In this document: piece by piece, positions 19,890-33,219 of the stretch
How positions within the stretch are numbered: position 1 is the stretch's first letter
How the letters are laid out: each line of letters begins with the position of its first letter
NCBI RefSeq assembly: GCF_009914755.1
Contig: NC_060934.1
Length of the DNA stretch: 64,000 nucleotides
From: the human T2T-CHM13v2.0 reference genome, Homo sapiens
Reading direction: 5' to 3' (one strand)
Position numbers and translations under genes: made by a program
Notes under the pieces: model-generated
Seen by the model: the letters and a program-made list of their open reading frames with translations, nothing else
Databases searched by the model: none
Told to the model about the DNA's origin: nothing

Positions 19890-20105
19890 TCTGATAAGCA
19901 CTTTCTATGAGACAGGCACTGAGTGTTATTCTGGTGCCAGCTCTCTATACCTTACAAGAAGGCTATGATGTAGACGCCTACAGGCAACCTGAGACATGGA
20001 GACATTGAGTACCTCACCCAAGTTCATGCTACCTAGAAAGGCTGGAGGCAGGATTTGAACTCAGACAGTCTGCACCAGAGTCTGAGTGCTAAATCATCAT
20101 CCAGT
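19890..20105 (-). mobile_element. MIR SINE
   Basis: taagcactttctatgagacaggcactg...gagtacctcacccaag...ggcaggatttgaactcagacagtctg. Confidence 0.6.
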
Positions 20106-22127
20106 GCTGCTAATTACACTATCCTCCCAGGGTTTTATGAGAATTAACGAATATCCCTAAGGGACCCAGCACTGAACGAGACCAGGAAATGTGAGATTCC
20201 CAGGAGCAGCCAGAGGCTGGGGAGCCCCAGGAAGAACAGGTAATGTTCTTGGCATCTGTGCAAGCTGAGAAGCACTGGGGCTACTCTTGGGGCTGCGCTA
20301 GTTCCAGGGGAGGTATTTATAGTGCAAGAGGCATCACGCCTGCTCAGGCTGAGCTGAGCCCAGAGCTGATTTGCACATGGAATTGGCCATTATCGGCTCA
20401 TTTCCATAAGGCAGCTACATGGGAGGAATAATTCAAGGAGAAGTTCCCACCACCCATCTCCTAAGGAGCTTTAACTTCACAGTTGCTACATAAGACACAC
20501 AACTAGAGATGTCAGAGTCACAGGGACCACCCCCAGCCCTGTCCTAATTGATGGAAGGGAAATAAGTCTTGAAGGAAGAGACCCACCAAAAGCCCATTGG
20601 TGGGTGATGGAAGGGCTGGGTGAAGACTCCAGGAGGACTCCAGGCCTTTGCCCTGCCCTGCCCTGTCCATCCTCTGCAGCCCCTTATAGCGCAGATCCTC
20701 AGTTAGTACTGATGAGTGACACACATGGTGAAGTGAATAGAGGCGTGAGCGTGTATGGCTCCTACATGGACTGCAGCAAGTTGGGCACTAGTTCTTCATT
20801 GCACAGATGGAAAGATAAGTTAATTCAAAGGTGCCTAGAAAATAAGCAGAAAAGCTGCATAGATCTAAACCCCACTTTTCCCCTAGCACAAGGCTGAGTC
20901 CCTGCATGGCTAGAATGCCCGTTCAGCTATGCTGATGCCATCCCCATGCCAACAAGGGCTCAGGCTCTGCTCCCTTCAGGGACCAGCTCATTCCCCAACA
21001 AACCAGGCCAGAGGGAAAATGGGAGCTGCAGCCCACCAGGAGAGCAGCCCTTGCTAGGCCTGTCCTGTCCATACCTTCCATTCTGCCAAGCTACCCCATC
21101 CCCCTGCCAGCCCGCTGTCTAAGCCTAGAAACAGGTTCCTTTGCCAAGACCCACTCCCTGAGGAATAGAGAAGCCTCTGTGCCCAAGGCATACAGGAAGA
21201 ATGCCAGAGGGCTGGGAGGGGTGGGGACAAGCATTTACAGCACCTCCCTCTCTCTCGGGGCCCGAGCAGGTTGGCAGGGCTGCCCTGGGGCTACAGGACA
21301 CATATCTATTCTTCTCATCATCCATCACCCACCACTGCCAACATCCCCTATTAAAGAATAACCAAAACAGAACCCCAAATGTGCTAGGCACATCAGTAAT
21401 CCCATTTAATCCACTATCTAAGCTATGGGGATGGTGCCAGTGTTATCTCTGCTTGATAGATGAAGATGCAAAGAAGGTCAGAGTGGTCCAACTAGACAAG
21501 TGGCAGAGCATAAGTTGAGCCCAGTTCTGGAATTCTAACCACAAGGAGCCACAGCGGGAACCAAGTGTCTGACACAGGGAGATCTGTGGCTGAAGCCCCA
21601 CTCCGCCAGGCCCAGGGCTCTCCTGATCCACACCAGTGAAGAAGCAGGCAGATTTGTGAAACACCCATTTTCCACCATCCAAAGCCACTTCCCTCTGGTT
21701 TCCTGCATCTCAACACCCACAGGCACCTGCTGGCACTTTCAAAGCTCTACTCCCCTTCTCTAAAAGTGGGGGTCATGTCTGCAGCTCAGATATTATGTGA
21801 CCCTGGAATCCAGGACTCAAACCAGACTCACTGTCATTCCTTTCAACTCTCTCGTGTTCTTTGGTATGATGGAACCCCTGGCCTCCTAGGCTAGTGATGG
21901 GACCTTTGGGGAACTTCTGATGTCAACCTTCCCACTCCACCTGGCCTAACTAGTCGGCTTCCAACTCCCGTCACTTCCTGCTACAAAGTGGCCCCATGTG
22001 TCTTCTATGCTGTGGTCTCACTGCTACCACCCCCAGTAAGCCCTCATCACCATCCCAGAAGTCCTGACACAGCCTCCTCATTACTCCCCTGCCTGTGGTC
22101 TCCTTTTCCCCAGCATCCCTACCCTCT

Positions 22128-22172
22128 ACACACACACACACACGCACACACACACACATCACATGCACACAT
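22128..22172. repeat. (CA)n microsatellite
   Basis: acacacacacacacacgcacacacacacacatcacatgcacaca. Confidence 0.85.
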
Positions 22173-22267
22173 TTCCACTCTATTCCACAAACTGCACTAA
22201 AAACACAACTTTATAGATCCCTGACCATGAACCTGCAATAGCTCCCTATTACCTATGCCCTGTTACC

Positions 22268-22488
22268 TACTATTGACACTTGAGGCCAGAAAGTTCTTTA
22301 CTGTCAGGGGCTGTCTTAAGCGGGTGCTGTGCGATGTTTATCAGCATCCCTGGCCTCTACCCACTGAGGCCACTAGTACTCCTCCCTATCCCCTGTTATG
22401 ACAGAGAAACACAAATGTCCCCAGACGCTGCCAAATGTCCCCGGGGCCAGAGGTGGGAGGAGGCTCTTGTGCCCACTAAGAACCCCTG
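22268..22488. mobile_element. MER20 hAT-Charlie DNA transposon
   Basis: tattgacact...cagcatccctggcctctacccact...aaatgtccccagacgctgccaaatgtccc...aagaacccctg matches the recalled MER20 consensus. Confidence 0.8.
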
Positions 22489-22819
22489 CCCTGCAAGGAC
22501 AAAGGTCAACTCCTAACATGGCTTTCCAGGCCCTTCTCTTTTGCCTGAAAACTCACCTAACCCTCCTTGCTAACACCCCACTCTCTGACCCTCGTGCTTC
22601 TCTGTGCTCAGGCTGTTACCTCCTGGGACCTCTGTCTCCCTCTGCCCAAGCCCTCCCTGCCTTCCAAAACCCAGTGCAAGTCCACCGCATGCCTTCCGTG
22701 ACTCGGCCCCAGGCTCCTGCCTTCCCTTCAAAACACACCGTTACCTTGAATATCCTCTGTGTCACCATCTAGTCGCCCACCCCCAAGCAGGTCACAAACA
22801 CTATGTGAGTGGGACACAT

Positions 22820-23007
22820 GGTGTGATCCTAACCGGCCCTCCAGAATAAGAAGCTCTGACATGTGGCACTTACTGGCCTCCATGAAGTAAATATTCCCAC
22901 CGGGACTGATTTCTAGTCACTGAAGTGCTGTGACCAAACACAGAGTTGGGAAGAGGTGGCCCAGTGGCTCACACGAGCCCCTGTGCACAGGCTCCAGTGC
23001 ACCCCAC
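22820..23007. mobile_element. Second, more diverged MER63-like element
   Basis: gtaaatattcccacc...gagttgggaagagg...gctccagtgcacccca resembles the element at 1934-2102. Confidence 0.45.
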
Positions 23008-23458
23008 ATACCTCCTCCCTTTGCTGCCCCTGGGCCCCACAACAGGTGTGGGGGCCCATGAAGCCTGGCTGTGCTGGTGTCAGGGAGGGGCTGGGCAGTG
23101 CCCCATGGCTACAGCCTGGCTCTGTAGCCAGGTCCTCTGACTGCAGTGGCAGTAGCCAAGACCTGGTTAGGTCCCAGATGAACCAAAGGCACCCCTGACA
23201 TGCCCATCCCCATCCTGCAGGTGTGCAGGGCCCCTGGAGCTCACCTGGCTCTCCCTTCCCTGCACAAGCCAGGCTAGAAGGAAGGCCTCAGGAAGAACTT
23301 CACCTTGAGCTGCCGAGGCCCTCCAGTGAAACCTCATGCCAACTTAGAAGAAAAGAGTTAATGTATTGATCTTTCTTGGTGACTGTTAGTAAGATTCATA
23401 GCTAGCCTCAGACCACATTCATCTGCACCTCTAACTTTAATGACTACAGGCACTTCAG

Positions 23459-23632
23459 ATGTGTGGGTGTTCACATGCATGTGTCTATGTGCACATGTGT
23501 GCATAGTCGTGCATGCATGCATGAGTGTGTACGTGCATGCATGCATGAGTGTGTACCTGCATGCACATGTGCATCTGTGTGTGCTCAAATGCATGTGCCT
23601 GTGTGAACACACATGCACATATTGTGTGTGTG
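23459..23632. repeat. (TG)/(TGCA) alternating purine-pyrimidine low-complexity repeat
   Basis: Includes a tandem gtgcatgcatgcatgagtgtgtac x2. Confidence 0.8.
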
Positions 23633-24894
23633 AGAAAGAGAGCTCCAGATCTCTGGGCTTTTTATTTCTGTCACCTCTAACCTAGTTGCTGAATCGCACA
23701 ATAAGCATCTGCTCAGGCCTGTTACATGCATTTGATGCCACAGACTCAAAGTCAGGTAAAGCAGGCTTTTCACCCTGGAGGAGCTTACTGTCCAGAGGGA
23801 GGGAGAAAAGGAAGTCAGTAATTATGGCCCAGTAACCTGGGGTGAGATGCACAGAGGGCATCTGTGGAACCCAGAGAAGGGACAGCCCACCTGGCAGGGG
23901 AACAAGGAGAAGAGAGGAAACTTCCAAAACAAGGAGACGCTCAAATAAGTCTTGAGGATGGAGGAATAGCTTTCAGGCAGTGAGGTGGCTGGTCCAGGTC
24001 GGGGAGCCATGTGGGATGGTGGGGTGTGACTGGGACACATTCAGGAAGGTGAGTCCCTGGGTGTGGTGGGGAGTGCAGATTGCAGTCACATCCATCCCCC
24101 ACCCTCCCCTGTTCTTCCCTCTAGAGTGCCCACCCCTCCCCTTCCCAGACTCCCTATCCTGCTGATTACCACTGACCACTGAGAAGCATGGTCAGGAGAC
24201 TCAGGCACAGGAGGAGGAGGAAGCCAGGTATTTCACCCTCTCTCTGCTTCCAGTGTCTCTGGCCATGGTTGGGTCTCCCACATGCTCCCAGTTCCCTCAG
24301 GGTGGCCCCTCTATGAGGTCCCAGTACCCACTGGACAGTCATGGCTCCAGGACCATCTCTCCCATTCATCCCTCGAGCCCTGGGAGTCACTCCAGCCCTG
24401 CCCAGTTGTTAGTCTGGGCTGCTTCCACTCCACCTGTCCTCAACTCTGCCAGCACTTGTCAGTAGTTCCTCATGTTAAATCCCCTCCTCTGAATGACCTG
24501 GAGTGGGCCATGTGTTCCTGATGGCACCCCTGCTGATCCATCCTGCGTCGCTGGGACACAGAGGTCTTGAGGGAGTGATGAGAGAAAGGCCAGGGAGAGA
24601 CAGACCTTGGAGGCCCTGTGCACTGCGAGAAGGGATCTGAACTTGATCCTTAAGGAGAGGGGGAGACATTCAGGGGTCTAAGCAGGGCAGTGAGTTAAGG
24701 AAGGTGACTTTGGTGGCAGAATGAAGGATGAATGGATGTCTTCCAAACAGTGTGGCACAAAAATGCCCACCACACACAAACACATACAATCCCATTGCAG
24801 CAACACACACCCACAGACACCTGCGCACACACACACACATGGAGGCTCCAAGAGACGACATTCCTCTCCCAACACCCTCAGAAAGCCAAGTGGA

Positions 24895-25349
24895 CCAAAG
24901 GTAGAAGCAACCCTTAAGTGTCCATCGATGGATGAATAGGTCAATAAAATTCTGTCTATCCACACAATGGAATATTACTCAGCCTGAAAAAGGAAGGACG
25001 TTCTGATGCATGCCACAGTGTGGAGGAAAGTAGAAAGCACTATGCTAAGTGAAATAAGCCAGTCTCAAGGAACAAATACGGTACGAGTCCACTTATATGA
25101 GGCCCCTAGAATAGTCAAAGTCAAGAGACAGGAAGGAGAACAGTGGGTGCTGAGGGCTGAAGGGAGGGGGGAGATGGGGGTCTTTGTTGAATGAGTACAG
25201 AGTTTCGGTTTGGGAAGATGAGAACCTTCTGGAGATGAACGGTAGTGACTGCAATATGACTGTACTTAACACCATTGAACTGTGCGTGAAAATGGTTAAC
25301 ATGGTAAATTTTGTGTTGTATATATATTTTTCCACAATAAAACAAAAAA
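24895..25349 (+). mobile_element. L1MB-like 3' end
   Basis: tgtccatcgatggatgaatag...atgctaagtgaaataagccagtc...gagtacagagtttcggtttgggaagatg...atggtaaattttgtgttgtatatat...acaataaaa. Confidence 0.82.
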
Positions 25350-28300
25350 CTACAAAAGTAAAGTAGGAACTTCCCAGAGCACAGGTAGAATCCAGCACAC
25401 AGGACCAGGGCCAACAGGTGATGTTCACACCGATATATGTGGTGATTCCACAGAACCACAGGGGTCTCCAGCAACAAAATCCTTAAAGGCCCCACAGTGA
25501 GGATGCAGCCTCCCAGAGCCTGAGTCCCAGGCCTAAGGCTCCACTGTGTGTGGGTCCCTCTGCAAACAGAATGTGTGAGAGGCCAGAGCGTGTGTCTCAG
25601 GAGAGCCCGGGAGGATGGGAAGCAAGGAAGACAGAAGAGAAGGTGAGGCAATGAAAAAATGCCTCCCAGTTCCCTTAGCCCCATCCAGCCTCAGCATCTC
25701 CTAACTTGGGGCCTCAGGAGCTCACCCTACCTGCACCCTCCACTCTCTCCTCATTCCCAGGGCATGGTATCCAGAACGCACTCACCTGTAGCTCAGGGTG
25801 GTTGGGGTGCAGTCAGGAGAGTGAGGGCTTGAGATCTGAATCGCCACCTGCAGCTGGGGTCCCCCCAGCCTGCTCCTTATGTGACCTGGTGGCAGATGCC
25901 TACCTTGTTGAGTTACTATAAAGACCAATACAGGAACTGTGGTTGTGTGCCTGGCACAGAGTAACTACACAGTGAATGTTTGATTCCCTTCCTTTAGGAG
26001 AAGCAACGCAAGGCACGTTATTCTCTTTATGATCCATTAGCAAAGCTCAACCACGTGGCCTTTGGTGGGCCTCTAGGCCTGAGGAAACCATGCCAGGGTC
26101 TCTAGGGAGAACCTCTATCTCATGATGGCCAATCATCCAGGGGCTTGTGGGCACACCAGAGCTAAGAACCTTCCTGCCATAGTACCCAGGGTGGGTCCCT
26201 GGGGGACAGAGGCAGCCCCTTCCAGCTCAGGTCAACTCTGACAGTTGGAAAGTTCCTTGACATACTGCACCCTATTCTCTGCACCATTTCCTCATTAGTC
26301 CCATTCCTGGGACCCCTCAGCTCACATCAGCCCATCCCCCAGCTCCAGGCCTGTCAGAGACCTCAGAATCCCTCCTTTCTGAATTCCTGCCAGCTTGTCT
26401 CCATTCCACCAGAGAGGCATGTCCCTCAGTGCAGGATACACCAAAGGGACCACCCAGCCCTCACCACCTCCCTCCCTCCCTTCCACTGCTCACTCCCACT
26501 ACCGCTCACTCCCACCAAGCTGCAGATAATTCAATCCTCAAATCGCTTCTCACAAGAGCTGCTGCCGACCTAAGTGGGCCCTTGCTGCATTTTATCTGGT
26601 TCTCTGATTTTGGATTTTGTCCCTGACTTTCTGCCCAATCACACTTCTCAGCAAGATGGCACCCAAGAATGGAAACAACAGGGGCCAGAACAAGGTCTGT
26701 TCTCCTCCAGAACACTTCTCCTTTCTCTGCCTTATTTTGGTAACTGGCATCTCATCACTGTATTCTAGCTTCCTAATTTGAAAACAGAATCTCCTGCAGC
26801 CCAGCCGCTCTGCTTTCTAGCAATCCAACCCCTAGAAGTACTTAGAGATACATGCATGAGGATGTATCCACGGCTGCGCACTACAGCCCTGTGTGACGGC
26901 CAAGAACTAGAAGCCACCTGAATCAAGACATGGAGGAATAAAGCCCACTCTGCAGAATGTTGTGCAACAGGCAAAAAGAATGGGGTAGAACCAAGTGGGC
27001 AATATGGAGCAAAAGCTGCAAAGCCCATCAAGTAAAAGCATGTCACCAAACAATGCCCGGGGCATGGTTCCCCTTCTGCGTCTGCAAAGCACTGTATCTG
27101 TGTGCACATGTGGCATGTCCAGGCAAGGCCTTTACTCACCTCAAGAGAGGAAGGCAGATAGGTGGGAGAGGGAGAACACGTGCCTAATGGGTGCTTGCTT
27201 TGTGTTTTAAATGTGTATGTTGTTTTAATTTTTTCAACAAGAGTATATTCATTTTGTGTATGACTTATGTATATGATACAAATAATTTCAAAGCAAAAAT
27301 CCCAAAGCAGGGTGGTCTCCCCTTCCACATCTTCCCACTCCCCTTAGAACACAAGGCAGCCCCTCTGCCCTGCTGGAACCCCTCACATTGGGCTGGTCTC
27401 TGCTCAGCCCTCCTCACCCCAACAGGACTGCACTCGGCCACCAATGCTTATGAAGGCCTCCCCCAGCTCTGCTACGGCTCTATGGTGAGCACTGCACAGC
27501 CCCCCTCACACCCCTTGTCCCACTTACAGCAGTTCCTGTCAGGGCAGGGACCATGCCTGCCTTGCTCTCCTCCTGAGCCCCACCCAGCACCTGGGACTGC
27601 AAAGGCCTTTGGTGGACATTTGTCCAACAGAACTAAACTGAATGGACACATGAAGCCTCACTCCGTGGGCAGCAAGGAGTGCCAGAACGCACAACCCTTG
27701 CTATGACCCGCTTCAAGTCTGGCCCAGAGGAAGCTTAGGCAGAGGCAAGTCCTATCCCTACCCTTCCAGGAATGGTAAGTTCCAGCTTGGGATCAGCTGA
27801 GCCATGAGAGGGCCACACTGCACAGTCAGCGACTGTGCTTGACTGAGAAACAGCCAAGCAAAACCCACTTCTACATTTGCTGTAAAGGTTGAGCTGGAAT
27901 TGCCATCCATTCTGTCCTTCATGGTCTCCTGTAGAGATCAGGTCCCTCAGGGAGGATTCTTTGCAGTGCTGAGGGGGGCCTGGTCCCTCTGCTTCCTCCC
28001 ACCCTGTAACCTGTGGCTGCCAGAATAGCATGACCACAGCCGTCCTTGGCACCTCTTGATTTTCTAATGCAGTTGCTTTCTTAACCTCAGTGTCTCTCTA
28101 AGAAGACATTAGAAGCCTCTGCAAATTCTCTCTGGATGTGTGAAGGAAATAAACAAATAAGCAAACAGGCAGACAATGCAACCTGAAACAATCAAACCAA
28201 AAATCAGAGGCAGCGTGCCAGGTTCATGTGCAGCCTCCTACCCTGGCTGGGGGTTGGCAGCAAACAAGCCCCCGCGGCGACCACGCCATCAGGTGGGTAA

Positions 28301-29584
28301 GAGGATAACTTCCAGCAAGGAACTGGGTACGTGAAGGGCTGAGAGGAGACATAATGTTACCCACATGGCTGTGTCTGGGCGTGACCCCCACCTTTTGGTT
28401 CTAAGTGGCCTTGTCACCACTCCCAGAGCCTTCCACAGAAAATACGGGGCAGGCAGCTGCCACCTGGATCAAAACCACCAGGCTTCCTGCAGTCCAGAAC
28501 TAGTCACACAAGATACAGGCAATTTCATCCTTTTAACATTCCAGAGCAATGCAACCAGAGAGAACGGGCTTCCGTTCTTGAGCATCCTTACTACACAGGA
28601 GAAAGTTCACACAGAGGACAAGCCTCGACGTCACAGCACATGCCTCACATCAGAAGAGGAAAACCCTATGACAGACACGACAACCTGGCCTCTGAGACCG
28701 CTAGCACAGCTTCCCTTCCATGGACCCCTTCATCCTTTCCCATAAGCTGCTGACCCTCCATCCCTCCTCCCTCTCAAATATGCCATGCCATTCACACCCT
28801 GGCATTTTAGTCACAGGTTTCCTCCATCTGCAGAAGCCCTCTTGCTCCCAGCTGTAATTCAAAACCCACTGCTTCCCGGGACAGAGTTGGGGCTCTAGGC
28901 TTCAGGGCTCCTAGCACAGTTTGTTCAGCGCTTGGCTCAATCACAGGCCTTGTACCCAGCATTGTCCTGGGTACTGCGGAGGAGTAAGAAAAACGAGAAA
29001 TGGTCTGGGACCTCAGGGAGTGCAATCACTCTCAAATCCATCACTTCATTTCATTTCATTTCAGCCTCACAGGAACCCTCCACGGTAGGCGTTTTTATTA
29101 TCCCCACTACTAAAGTGGGAAAACAAAGGATCAGAAAGAGTTGCCAGTGTGCCCAGAAGCACGTTAGAAAAAGATAAAGCCAGGAAGAGAACTAAGTCTT
29201 CCAACACAAGCCAGGCTCACCCACCAGACCTCAGCAGCACCATTGCCATCTCACTGTGATTCATATGTGTTTTGTAGTCATTCTTGACTTGAAGCTATGG
29301 GAAGAACTTTCTCAGGGGCTGGCCACATCTAAACTACATTCCAGTCCTGACCCCTGGCATACACAGGCAGTCTACACACTTGACAAGGAGGAAGGTATAG
29401 ACAGAAACACAGCAGGCTGAACAAGCCAGTGCTCTACTGAAAGTGGAGGAGGGAGGGGCTTTGCCTTTGCACATACTTGGACTCCATAGGAAGCATATAT
29501 TACTGCTGTAATTGGTAAACTCAAGGAAAGAAACAAATGCTTCTGGGCCAATAAATGGGCAATGAAACACCCCCAAAATATCAA

Positions 29585-29990
29585 TTCACTCATTCACTCA
29601 TCAAATATTTAATGAGCACCTACTAAGCTTTAGGTGCTGTTCTAAATGCTGTGGGTCCAGTATCACTCAACCAAGCAAACAAAACTGCCTGTCTGCATGG
29701 AACTAGTTGGGGAAAGACAGACATCAAAAGATGAGTAAATGGGAATAAATTCAATGGAAAAAGGGAGAAAGAGGTGCCAAGAGAAAATAGAGTTCCATTT
29801 TTAAATAAATTGGAAAGGGAAGGCCCCACGGGACAGATGGAATTGAAGCAAAGCCCCGAAGGTGCAGCTTGCAGACGTCTGCACGTGCAGGAAGAGTGTC
29901 CCAGGCAGAGGAAACAGCCAGCCCAAAGCCTCTGCAGCAGGTTGTGCCGGGCACGCTCATGGAGCAGCAAGGAGCCGGAGCTGGAAGGCA
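29585..29990 (-). mobile_element. L2 LINE 3' end
   Basis: cattcactcatcaaatatttaatgagcacctacta...gtgctgttcta, the antisense L2 terminus. Confidence 0.65.
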
Positions 29991-31129
29991 GCAGACAGGG
30001 AGCAGGAGGAGGGGAGGTCCCATCTGGACTAGTGGTCCTTCCAGAAGTCTGCAGCCACATCTCGCTGGTACCCTTCCTGGAATTCTAGTATTTAACAACA
30101 CAACATCTCCCTTGTTCCCTCTCATGTGTGGAGCAAAGGAGGTCTGGGGAGTGTGGGTCTGGCAGGAGGGGGATATCAACAGGAGCCCGCATCGGTCCTG
30201 CAAGGGCACAATGGTGTGTGGTGAGAAGAGGAAACGGGGGACGATCTGGACAAGTTCTTGCTCCCTCAACTCCAGCAGGACCCAGCAGCACACCGGGGCA
30301 TGTGTGGGAGTCGGCATAGCCTCACTTTCCAGTCCTTTATGCAGGCCTGCATCAGGCATCTCCTCATGTCTCCAGACGCACTCTGGAATCTGATGGAGGG
30401 GTGAGGGAACTTCAGAGTTAATAAACTTTAATCTTCTAGGGCACACTGCAATTAACACACCCCAAAGTACAGTTACTTTGTAATTAGATCGAAGAACAAA
30501 ACCCAAAACACTCATCCAGGTAAAGTTATTGTCAAACTTCTTCCATAGGTTTCCTAGCAATTAAACTCACTTACTCATTTTGTCTGGAAAAAGTATGTAT
30601 TACTTCAATTTAAACTAATGCCATAATGATCCAATGTGTATTATTAATGAGATCAGCATGGCAGTTCAGTCATCTGGCCTGCTTTGCCAGGGGCCGCAAA
30701 GGAGACGTCAGCAAGGGGCATTGATTAAAGTAACATTTGCCCCGATAATTCCCTTTCTTCCACGGAATTTTACTTCAGGAAGACTCTGGGGGTGAGATCC
30801 CGACAGATATTTTCTATGAAAACCAGTTAAGCTGTCCAGCTTAGAAGGCATGATGGCTCTTCGGAGCCACCTGTGACTGTGCAAGGAGACCTTGGGGAAG
30901 CCTTGGCAGCTCAGCTCCTCCATAGGGCAAGGTGTGTAACCTGCAGGTGAAAGAGCTGACCCCCAAGCTCTCTCTGTTTCCCCAAGCACCAAGAACACAA
31001 CCAAAATACAGCTGTGTTCTGGGCTGCTGAACAAGCCAGGACTGGGATTCACCAGGTCTGCCTTGGGAAGCCAAGGAAGAATGGACAGCAATGGGACCAC
31101 TGCTGGGCACAGCTCCAGAGTAGTAAGTG

Positions 31130-31360
31130 TTACTGAGCAGTTACCACGCGCCAGGTACTGAGCTAAGCCCCTGACATCTATTGACTCATTTAATCCACAC
31201 GTTAACCCCATCAGGCAGAAAGTAGTATTGTATCGCAATTTTACAAATGAAAAAACTGTTGCACAGAGAGGTTGAGTAACTTGCCCAATGTCACACAGAT
31301 ATGGCAGCGGAGCTGGGATTCAACAAGAAGACTGCTCTGGAGCCCATGCCCCTAACTATT
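31130..31360 (-). mobile_element. MIR SINE
   Basis: ctcatttaatccacac...attttacaaatgaaaaaactg...gagaggttgagtaacttgcccaatgtcacacag...gagctgggattcaa. Confidence 0.75.
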
Positions 31361-32767
31361 AAACGCAAAGGTTATCCTGAGCCTGACTGGAGGAGCAAAC
31401 TGCCAAATCTCTTGCACCAAGATTCTACCAAGGTTGCCTAGTGCCCACACGCACTGCCATGAGGGAAGAATGTTGGTTCCTACCACTCTTGGTCCCCATG
31501 CATGGTTTGTTGTGATCATATAGACCACTTACCATGTGCCAGGCACTCTACTAGTGTTTTGCCCTTACAGCTCAGAAATTACCCTATAGATGAAGAGGCT
31601 GAAGCTCAGAGAAGTCACCTTGCACAGGAAGCAGGAGGCAGAGAGGAATGGCGATCCATGCTTACTTTTTTATTTACTCATTTATTTTTTGCACTTGATG
31701 CAAAACTCAAAAAGTACAAGAAGTTATGCAGTGAAAAATTCATCTCCCATCCCAGTCCAACCCACTGTGTTTCCTTTCCTTAAACAGCATTTCCTTGGAG
31801 TGACCATGTGTGTCCACTCAGATACACACACATAGAAGCTCACTTGTACACAAAGCAACACCCACGTCACCATTCTCACTTCTCTATTGTCAGCTAACAG
31901 CACCATGTTTTGGAACTACTTCTACTCAGTACATAAGGAACTAGAGTTTTCCATTACATGTAAATATCATAATATATTTAACCAATTTGCTGAAGATGGA
32001 CCTTTAGGTTGTTGCTAATTTCTGATGTCATCAAAAATGCCACAATAAATCTTTGTACATCAAGCAAAGACTCTACCACGGTGTTTGCTCCCCACAGCTT
32101 TGCCAAGAGGCTGTGAACAGAGCTGTGGACCCTTTGGGAACCAGAGCTGGCCAGCCCCCAACTCTCCAGCCATATGGCCTAGAGCAAATCCCTTTACTTC
32201 TCTGAGTACAGAACCCACCATGTGGGGTTGCCATTGGGATGATGTGAGCAAGGGCAGCTCCACGCTCTTTCAGGGCACCCAGCATGAAGCAAGGGCTAGA
32301 GGGACTTGGAGCTGTTACCCGCTGGCATGACGCCTGGGTCATCTGGGAAATTCGGGTCCTACCTCTAGCTTAGACTCTGGGACTGTGGTTTGTCCTAACT
32401 CGGATCATCATTCCTGAGAATGTGTCAGTTTCTGCCCTTTTGTTTGCAGAGAATGACTTCAGACAGGACGCAGTGAAAGGACCAGAGCCTTCTAGAGATG
32501 AAGGCTTTGCCTTTGTCTGTCTTCAAATCTCTGGATGGGGTATAAAGAACAGGACCCAAGAGTGCCACCCGAGGTAGCAAGATATGGCTCCCAGAGATTT
32601 CTGGGGATCCTGAGCATCTAAGGCCTCCTCCGACTGTCTCTCCAGTCTTATCCCTAGCCAATTCCCATATTCCAGCCATATGATCTTTCCTCCTCTCCAT
32701 TGCCCCCAGACCTTTCCTCTGGAAAGAGGGAAGCAAGTTCTTCCCTCTGCTTAGAACACTCTTCCTA

Positions 32768-32921
32768 CAGCCCTCAGTGCCCTTTGCTTGCCTAACAAAA
32801 AATAAAAACTACTCCTATTTAAGCACCTGTTTAAATGTCACCTCCAGCCCCCAGTGCCCTTTGCTTGCCTAATAAAAAGTAAAAACTACTCTTATTTAAG
32901 CACCTGCTTAAATGTCACCTC
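32768..32921. repeat. 77-bp tandem duplication (2 copies, 5 mismatches)
   Basis: Copy 1 at 32768-32844 and copy 2 at 32845-32921, each cagccc(t/c)cagtgccctttgcttgcctaa...aaatgtcacctc. Confidence 0.92.
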
Positions 32922-33219
32922 CTCCAGGAAGCTCTTCCTAACCACCTTGCCATAGGCTGCACTGAATTTGCATGAGCTTTCTTCAGTTGCCACCAAGGAA
33001 AAGACTGGCCCAAAGGCATGGCAAAGTGGAGCAGTGTCAGGGTGGAAGGAATATCAGCCCACAGATGCTGAGAGAGGTAGGCTTGCTAGGCTCGCAGAGG
33101 GGCAGGGGAGGGCAGGCACAGCCTGGCCAGGCCATAGCTGTGGACACCTAGCCAGGTGGACAATATCTGCCCTCCATATAGAGAGGGAGGTTTCAGCAGG
33201 AAAATTTCTTTCTGACATT

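Noticed and set aside
28270-28300. CTCF-like motif (CCACCTGATGGCG on minus); similar partial matches near 14910 and 40900
   Set aside because: Each has a mismatch at a core position; not supportable without ChIP data.
29751-30560. 269-aa minus-strand ORF
   Set aside because: Non-ATG start, overlaps L2-derived sequence, no homology recognised; consistent with chance.
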